The notes beneath the pieces were generated by a model that saw only the letters and a program-made list of their open reading frames with translations, did no database searches and had not been told where the DNA came from. A stretch of 64,000 bases of DNA, taken from contig CAWCJJ010000030.1 in NCBI GenBank assembly GCA_963795895.1, positions 35,356-99,355 of the forward strand, read 5' to 3'. This stretch comes from an uncultured bacterium. Its GTDB lineage: Bacteria; Verrucomicrobiota; Verrucomicrobiia; Chthoniobacterales; SZAS-18. This document shows positions 57,815-64,000 of the stretch, one piece after another (position 1 is the first letter of the stretch; every line of letters begins with the position of its first letter). The translations under genes and the position numbers were made by a program.

Positions 57815-58355
57815 AATATAGATGTGACCCCATGGACCGATGCTCCAAACTTAGAACCGGGCGCCGATCCTTGAGCGTAATCCCTGGCGCTTCACCCTCG
57901 CGCAGCGATGTGAACTCCAGCAGCATGTCCCGGATGGAGGGGAACATGTAGTAGCTTTTCACCGACACGCCAAGGCACTGGTCCTCGTAGCCGAAGATCG
58001 AGCCGTACCTCTCCGCGTTGAGATCAATGCCGAAGGAGAAACCATTCAACTCAAACCACACAAACAGGAAGCACTGGTCGTAGTAGGGGAAAACGCCCGG
58101 CAGTTCGGGCGCGTCGAACATCTGGTTGATGTTGGCCCCGAAGGGGTCGTCGTAGAGGTAGAACTTCTGGCGCGGCGGCAGCACGAAGTGGCCGCCGACG
58201 ACCCGCTCGAAGAAGATGCGCGCGTCCTCGGGCAGCGGATGGCCGTGGGAGCGGTCCCCGGATGGCTGGTCGCCGGCGCGCAGGATCAGGTCACGGCCCA
58301 CTTCGGCGGCGAAACGCTCGATGAGTTCATCCATTGTCCTATTCGCGTGATTCAA
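57813..58355 (-). CDS. SMI1/KNR4 (SUKH-1)-like immunity protein
   Basis: ..LPEDARIFFERVVGGHF.., ..FGIDLNAERYGSIFGYED.. and ..MFPSIRDMLLEF follow the SUKH pattern. The stop codon is formed at the IS junction. Confidence 0.65.
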   Translation of the reverse strand: MNHANRTMDELIERFAAEVGRDLILRAGDQPSGDRSHGHPLPEDARIFFERVVGGHFVLPPRQKFYLYDDPFGANINQMFDAPELPGVFPYYDQCFLFVWFELNGFSFGIDLNAERYGSIFGYEDQCLGVSVKSYYMFPSIRDMLLEFTSLREGEAPGITLKDRRPVLSLEHRSMGSHLY

Positions 58356-58484
58356 CTGTTTGGACGCGTTTGCCTTCTGCCAGGCAGCTCACCGACCAGG
58401 CACGATGGAGGGCACATCGCCGTGGCCCCTCAACATAATAATGGAGGATCACCTCCCTCGTCGTCCTCGTCCTTGCGAATACCC

Positions 58485-58965
58485 TCAGTCCAGGGTGCGT
58501 TCCAGCCACTCTGAAAACGAACGCGCCACCACTGGCGCCGGCACGCTGAATGGAACCATACCCCGGCGCCCAGGTGGGCGAGATCGAGCCGAATTGTCGG
58601 CGTTCAAGGTCGATGCCGATGATCGAGCTTAGATCATCGCATTGGGCGCGCGAGCAGGTAGCAGTCGTCGAAGTGCTCGATGCGGTGGGGATTCGCGCCG
58701 GCTTCCATGATCTCGTTAAGCCCCGCTCGAAAGGCTCCGCGAGCAGCTCCCAGCCGTTGACCGGATGGTCCCCGCCGTAGAGCGGGAGACCGTCGTTGCC
58801 CCGGCTCACGTAGATGTCGCCGCCCGCGAAGGCGTGGTAGAACGCGGCCACGTCGCGGGCAGGCGTGCGCCGGGCTTGGTTCGCGGGGGCCGGCGTGCGC
58901 GGTATAAGCTTGCAGAAGGGCTCCCGCAGGAGCCGCTCGATGAGCTGATGGATCGTCATGGGCAT
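58485..58965 (-). pseudogene. second SMI1/KNR4 (SUKH)-like immunity gene, at least two frame changes
   Basis: MPMTIHQLIERLLREPF..VAAFYHAFAGGDIYV.., then ..HFDDCYLLA / DDLSSIIGIDLERRQFGSI.., then the tail PFSVPAPVVARSFSEWLERTLD-stop, in three frames. Confidence 0.5.
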
Positions 58966-59241
58966 TTCAGGTTGTATGTTGTTAGCTTGCGCGCACTCCA
59001 GTTCTGCAACTGATGGAGCGTCTGGTTGGTGACAGGTGCCCCAGCTTGCTGTGCGGCCCTCAGCATTGTCAAGGCACACTCTTCCATCTCAGCCTCCGAC
59101 AGCGCGCTCCACAAACTTCAGATTACCCATATCAACTTGAATTTTTCGACTCCAAAGCGGGCGAATTTATTGGCCAGCCATTTGTCCCCCGCTTCGTGGG
59201 CGATAGCATGGTGATACCCCTCTAGCTCTACACTGGGGAAC

Positions 59242-62200
59242 CTAACCTCTGTCCTTTGCACTCACGCTATATCCCGTATAATTCGCCTTCAACCAAGCAT
59301 CAAAATAGAAATGATGTTGCGGGTTCTTTGAGATTACTGCCGCTCCGGCTCCGTCGAATACCTGTTGATAATTGATCGTGTTGTAAACAGCACTTCGGCC
59401 TCTCTGGATTTTATTGGTACCATAAAGCATGGTTTGCCCCGCCGTATTGTGCACAAGGGCCGCCACGTCACCCGTGACTACGAAAAACGTATCGGGACCG
59501 TCAACGTCGAGGTTGAACGTCATGGTCTTCCCTGCCTCCGCCATCACCGTCGTCACCACGGGGGCGGTGCCCGTGCGGCCAAGCAGATGCATGCCTTGCT
59601 TCAAGTCGCCAGCGGGTACCGCCTTTTTCTCCGGTCCAAAACGGATGATCGAGGGTGGTGATAACGCTGCCGCCGTTGTCTTCCCGGCCTTCATCCTTCC
59701 AGCCGACGCAGAGTGGGGAAGAAGTGAAACTAAACATCCGGCTCAACACCATCTGCGGAGTGGCGCTCCCCCCCTTGGAAGGATCGTATCCCAGCACCCG
59801 GTCCCCCTTTTCAAGCATTTCAATCGCTTTGGTGGTTCCGTCAGCCATGACAACGCGCGTGCCCGCCCCAAAGCAACCCAATGGCGAGCGGCACAAGGAC
59901 CCGAGACGGCGGCGGCGCGGGCCTCGTCCGCGCTGCGGGCGACACGACCGAAGTTTATCGCCACTCCTTTTGACACCTTTTGTAGAAGCACGCTCTCGGA
60001 AGAAACCTTGGACGCCAGTTGCATGAACTTTGCCGCGGCCCCGTGCCCTCCCTTAACACCCTGCCAATCACCCCGGCCTTGGCGATCCCGGCGGTGAGCA
60101 CGCTCACTCCAACCTGCTCGCCGATGTAACCGACGGCATACCCGGCAAAATAGGCGCTGAGATAAACGGGGTCTTCGGCATCCTTGCCCAGCAGCAGGCT
60201 TAATCGATCGACCTGCGTGTTTGTGAAATCTCCGATGATCTGGTCAATCATCGCTGAAACATTGCTCTTCAAACCTTCCCAGCCCAGGTCCTTGAGCGCC
60301 GAAAAACAATGGTAGAGTTCCGACGCTACAACCCAGGGTTCGAACTCGAGTTTGAACAGAAATTTTTCCAGGTCGCCAACGGCAAGCAAGGTGCTGACGA
60401 CACCTTGCACATCGCCTTTCACGCCATCCCACAGGCCGAAAACGACTCCCTCGCCGACCGCGCTGTTGGCCGTGATGATGCCCTGCACCCAATGGAGCAG
60501 TGTTTTTGCTACCAGGCCGCGATTGCGGATTTGTGTCAGGGGCGATAACTCGGCGCTGCGCACTTGCGTCGGCACGGGATTGAAGGTCGCTTCGTCATAT
60601 GCGAGAAAGCCGAGCTCATTTTCACCGTCGTCGTAATTCTGGGCTGGCGCGGCGGGCTCGTCGTTTCTGACGATTGGGCGCTCACTGCGGGGAGCGGGTT
60701 TCGCTTGATAGGATAGATACGGTTTTGACCGGGACGCGCTCTATTGAGGGCGCCACCAACCGGACCGTTGTCATCGGGGTCCGAGGCGCCGCCTTTCCAC
60801 GCGAGAATCGGCGGCGCGGGGTCACCCGCGACGAACGCCTCGGTCGCGGTCACCAAGCGTGCGAAATCACCATCGGCCTTGAGATGACGTGCGGCTTGCG
60901 CAATCACCTTGCCATCCTTTTTCAACTTTATCGTGAAGTCGCGATCTGATTTACACAGGCGTAAAACCGTAATTTATCGCCTTCCTTAACGAAGGTGACT
61001 TCCTGCTTTGCGGCCTTCGTCGCTTTTTCCTCCCCTGCGGCGTAATTCTGCGCCTCGCGGTCGCTGAAAATGTCGCTTTCGCTTTCGTAGATCGAAGTCT
61101 GGGTGTCACCAAACAACTTTGTGTAACTCCACCGGTTCCCCCCGCACTCCATTTCGACATCGACTTCGCCGAACACATTCGGAATCGTTCCCGTGACCAT
61201 GCGGTCGCGCGAGTCGAGGTCCATCGGCAGCATCAGGACCGCGCGGGGAGACCAGCCCACTTGCTGCGGATTGCCGTCCGCGTCATCCTGGAAAATGGCT
61301 TTCTCCGCGTTGGCTAGAATCAGAGTGTCGGGGCTGATTCCCACCGCGCGCGACAGGTGCCAGTCCGTCGAATCGCTCAAGAGCGTGTTCAGGTTGGTGA
61401 TATCCCAGAACGCGTCGTCCCCGCCGGCGTTGTCGTTCTTGCCCCAGAAGGTCGCTTCCAAGCTGGCAAAACCCTCGTCCTGCGGATTAGCACCGTCGTG
61501 CTCCCATTCGATGGACTCGCCGACGATCCAGTTAAGGTTGGTGATGTCGTAGGCGCGGCCGTAACCCACCGGAAACTGCGGTGCCACGGATGAAAGCACG
61601 CCCAGGTCGATCGGGCTCGTGTCGGTGGCCGACCAATAAACCGGATGATACCGCGCCGTCGCGTCCGGACGGATGCTGTCGTCGCCGATGACATCAATGT
61701 CCGCGTAGCCGGCGATCCCGCCCGACTTGTTGATGGCTTCCGGGGTTGCTGTGCAAGCCCGCCGGCAGCACGCCCAGGTCCGTCAGGACCGGGTAGCCGT
61801 GCAAGGAGAAGGTGGCCGTGCCCGGTTCGTAGCGAAAGGCGTGCGTGGGCTCCGCGTTGTTGAAGAGCCTGGCCTTTTGAGTACGCTGCTCCAGGCTGTC
61901 GCCGGTCACTTCGGAGGCGCTGAAGGGACGGGCGGCATAGCCCGCGATGGTGTCCAATTCGCTGATGACTTTGGACACGCTGGTCAACCGCCCTTGGCCG
62001 AGATCGGCCCCGCCGTAACTGAGCGGCCCGAGCCAGTCCCAGGGCAGCGTCGAAGCGGAAACGTCCCCCACGGCGGCCATGCCCAGCGAAAACCGGCTGC
62101 GCTGGTGAGCAAAACGTCGTGGGCGATGAGCGTTTTTCCAGTCGTTCCGTAGCCGCGGCCGTTGCCCCGTTCCGATGATTTTGCCCATTGCAGAACGCCG

Positions 62201-64000
62201 TCGGCGTCAAAATCGTGTCCCTCGACCAGCACGCTCAATACTTCGGTGGGCCGGTCGTCATCGACCCGGTTGTTACCGTTGACATCGTCGGGCCGCATGT
62301 AAACCGAGAGGGTCGCGGCGACCTGGTTATGGGAATTGACGTCCCACAAGGAATCCAGGGACGGGAAATCCTTGTGGACGGCCCCGAGATCGTTGTTGGT
62401 GCCGACATCGTAGGCCCAGCCCACCGCGTCGGGGCGCTCGGGAACGGGGCATTCTTCGGAAAACGGTAGCTACCAGGGCGAAGGTTGGTCACCGGCTCGA
62501 GCTGGAGATCTTACGGGTTGCCTTGCTGCAAGCGCCAGCGCACACCCTGGGTGTGGCAGCAGCACGCCCGGTTCACCCGGCGTAGCATTGAGCTTGCGTT
62601 CACCTACGACCAGCGAACCGTCGCGCGTGAGACGGTGGGCGGTGAAGTCGGGGTCGTTGATCTGGGCGGTTTGCCCGTCAAGTTGGCGGAACACGTACTT
62701 TCCGCTGCCCGGGTCGCCCATGCGCAGGAGCACGCTGCCGTTGTCCGCGATCCACAACGGCTCGAAGCCCTCGCCCAGGTCCGTAACTGGGTTGTTGCCG
62801 CCGACATCCTGGGTCACGCGCCGATCACGACGCCCAGCGGTGCGGCGGGTTCTGGACTGCGCCTTTTCGCCGGGATGCGCAAGACTTTGAACAATGCCGC
62901 CGCCGGCGAATTCCTGCCCGAGGTCCAAAGGAACAAAGTGCGGCAAATCAATGCGGGTGGTGGCTGCGGTCTCATCGGAATAGGCACCCCGCGCCCCGCT
63001 TCCGTCGCGGGTCAGGTAGGCGACCCGATAATTATAGTAATGCTCCGGTTCCACCTGATGGTCGTAGAACTCGAAGTTGGCGGTGGCAGGCGAGTCGCTG
63101 ATCGCGCCGTCCTGGCTGTCCATAAAGTTGACAACGGCGATTTCCTGCCAAGAGCCGATCTTTGAGATCCGTCTTTCCACCACCGTGGCGGCAATGGGGT
63201 TGCCCGGCTGCGGGGCAGCCCAGGAGACATGGATCTCGCGGGCCTTGGTGGCCACCGCATTCGCGCTGGCGGGTTTCAGGACCGTATTGCCGACCGCGCG
63301 GCCCACGTACAGCTTGACGGTGGTGGCTTCCGTTTGCAGGCCGCTGTCGTCGGTGGCGGTCGCTTCGATCTCGTGCCAGCCGGGGGTCGGGACCCAGGTG
63401 CTGGTCAGCAACGCGCTGGCGGACTGGGCGACGGGCACATGGTCGATCAGCAATTCAATTCCTGTGATAGACCCGTCGGCATCGCTGGCTTGCACCTGGA
63501 TGGTGATCCCGGTCTGTGTGTTCGGGAGGACCGTGCCATCCGTCGGAGCAACGATGGAAACTTGCGGCGGCAACAGATGGCTTGCCTGCACATTCACCGG
63601 ATCGCTCTGCGCGAGAAGGTTGCCCGCCGCATCGTAAGCGGTCGCCACGAGTTGGTAGGGACCCGCGGTTTTCGGCGTCCAGTTGTCCACGGGTTTCCCG
63701 GTCGGGTTGTTGCCGACGATCGCGCCGTTCGCCAGGAACCTGACGGTTGCGACCCGGTCGATGCCGCTCTCGACCTGCGCGACGAGGCTCGTGGGTTGGT
63801 CTAGGTTGAGCAGCGCGCCGGAGGAGGGCGCCAGCAGGCGTAGCAGGACGGGCAAAGGCGCCCGCATGTTGATTTGCACGGGAGCGAGGTGGTTGACTGT
63901 CCATCGGCCGCCGTAGCCACAGCCGTCAGGGCATGGCTGCCTACCGCCACGTTGTTCCAATCCAGAGCGTAGGGACGTGCGCGGGCCGCACCGAGATCCG
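59242..64000 (-). CDS. 3' part of a giant secreted polymorphic toxin (Ig-like/FN3-like repeats, Hint domain, short C-terminal toxin); 5' end beyond window; many frame changes
   Basis: Pieces on the minus strand form one colinear protein: ORFs 62470..63960 (repeated Ig-like units, ..ATAYDAAGN.., ..ATATDDSGL..), 61984..62424, 61694..62188, 60928..61599, 60536..60925 and 59955..60575. These are followed by the Hint domain CFGAGTRVVMADGTTKAIEMLEKGDRVLGYDP...HPFW...TFNLDVDGPDTFFVV..ALVHN (59446..59875) and a ~65-aa tail. Sequence stays open in-frame to base 64000. Confidence 0.7.

Overview
This is a high-GC bacterial chromosome segment. Gene content (DUF1573, sigma54 regulator, GspF-like) and the dense palindromic intergenic repeats suggest a PVC-group or Verrucomicrobiota-like organism, but that is inference only. 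Bases 1 to ~44.8 kb are a housekeeping backbone: trpE/trpG, two adjacent type II toxin-antitoxin modules (one decayed vapBC-like, one intact higBA-like), sprT-like, dinB, tRNA-Leu(GAG), tlyA-nadK, secA, an RRM RNA-binding protein, miaA, aroB, nth, pdxA, an ABC-2 permease pair, dksA-like, rpmG-rpsR, folE2, HIT, nrdR, a topoisomerase III-like gene, dprA, a SurA-like PPIase, mfd, a class IV aminotransferase, a sigma54 response regulator, uppS, purA and a GspF/PilC-like gene. Many of these need 1-nt frame changes to restore conserved protein sequence (secA needs at least ten), so either consensus indel error or real gene decay must be assumed throughout. At least four families of palindromic REP/MITE-like repeats fill the intergenic regions. 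From ~44.83 kb to the window end the composition becomes a mosaic of AT-rich genes and GC-rich IS elements, forming a polymorphic toxin/immunity island. The island holds three YwqG/DUF1963-like paralogs and a ~1 kb duplicated module that fuses one conserved Sec leader to two unrelated toxin C-termini (a short RHS protein with a PD-(D/E)xK tail, and a small unknown secreted toxin). It also holds DUF4304-like, lipoprotein and SUKH-type immunity candidates, and the 3' part of a giant Ig-repeat protein with a Hint domain and C-terminal toxin. Four IS elements are present (two IS630 copies, one ISAzo13-like, one IS5/DDE_Tnp_4-like) plus an orphan IS end. One IS630 copy carries an anomalous T29-A48 homopolymer palindrome. 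The leader-sharing toxin cassettes with their YwqG-like partner are my best candidate for an undescribed system.
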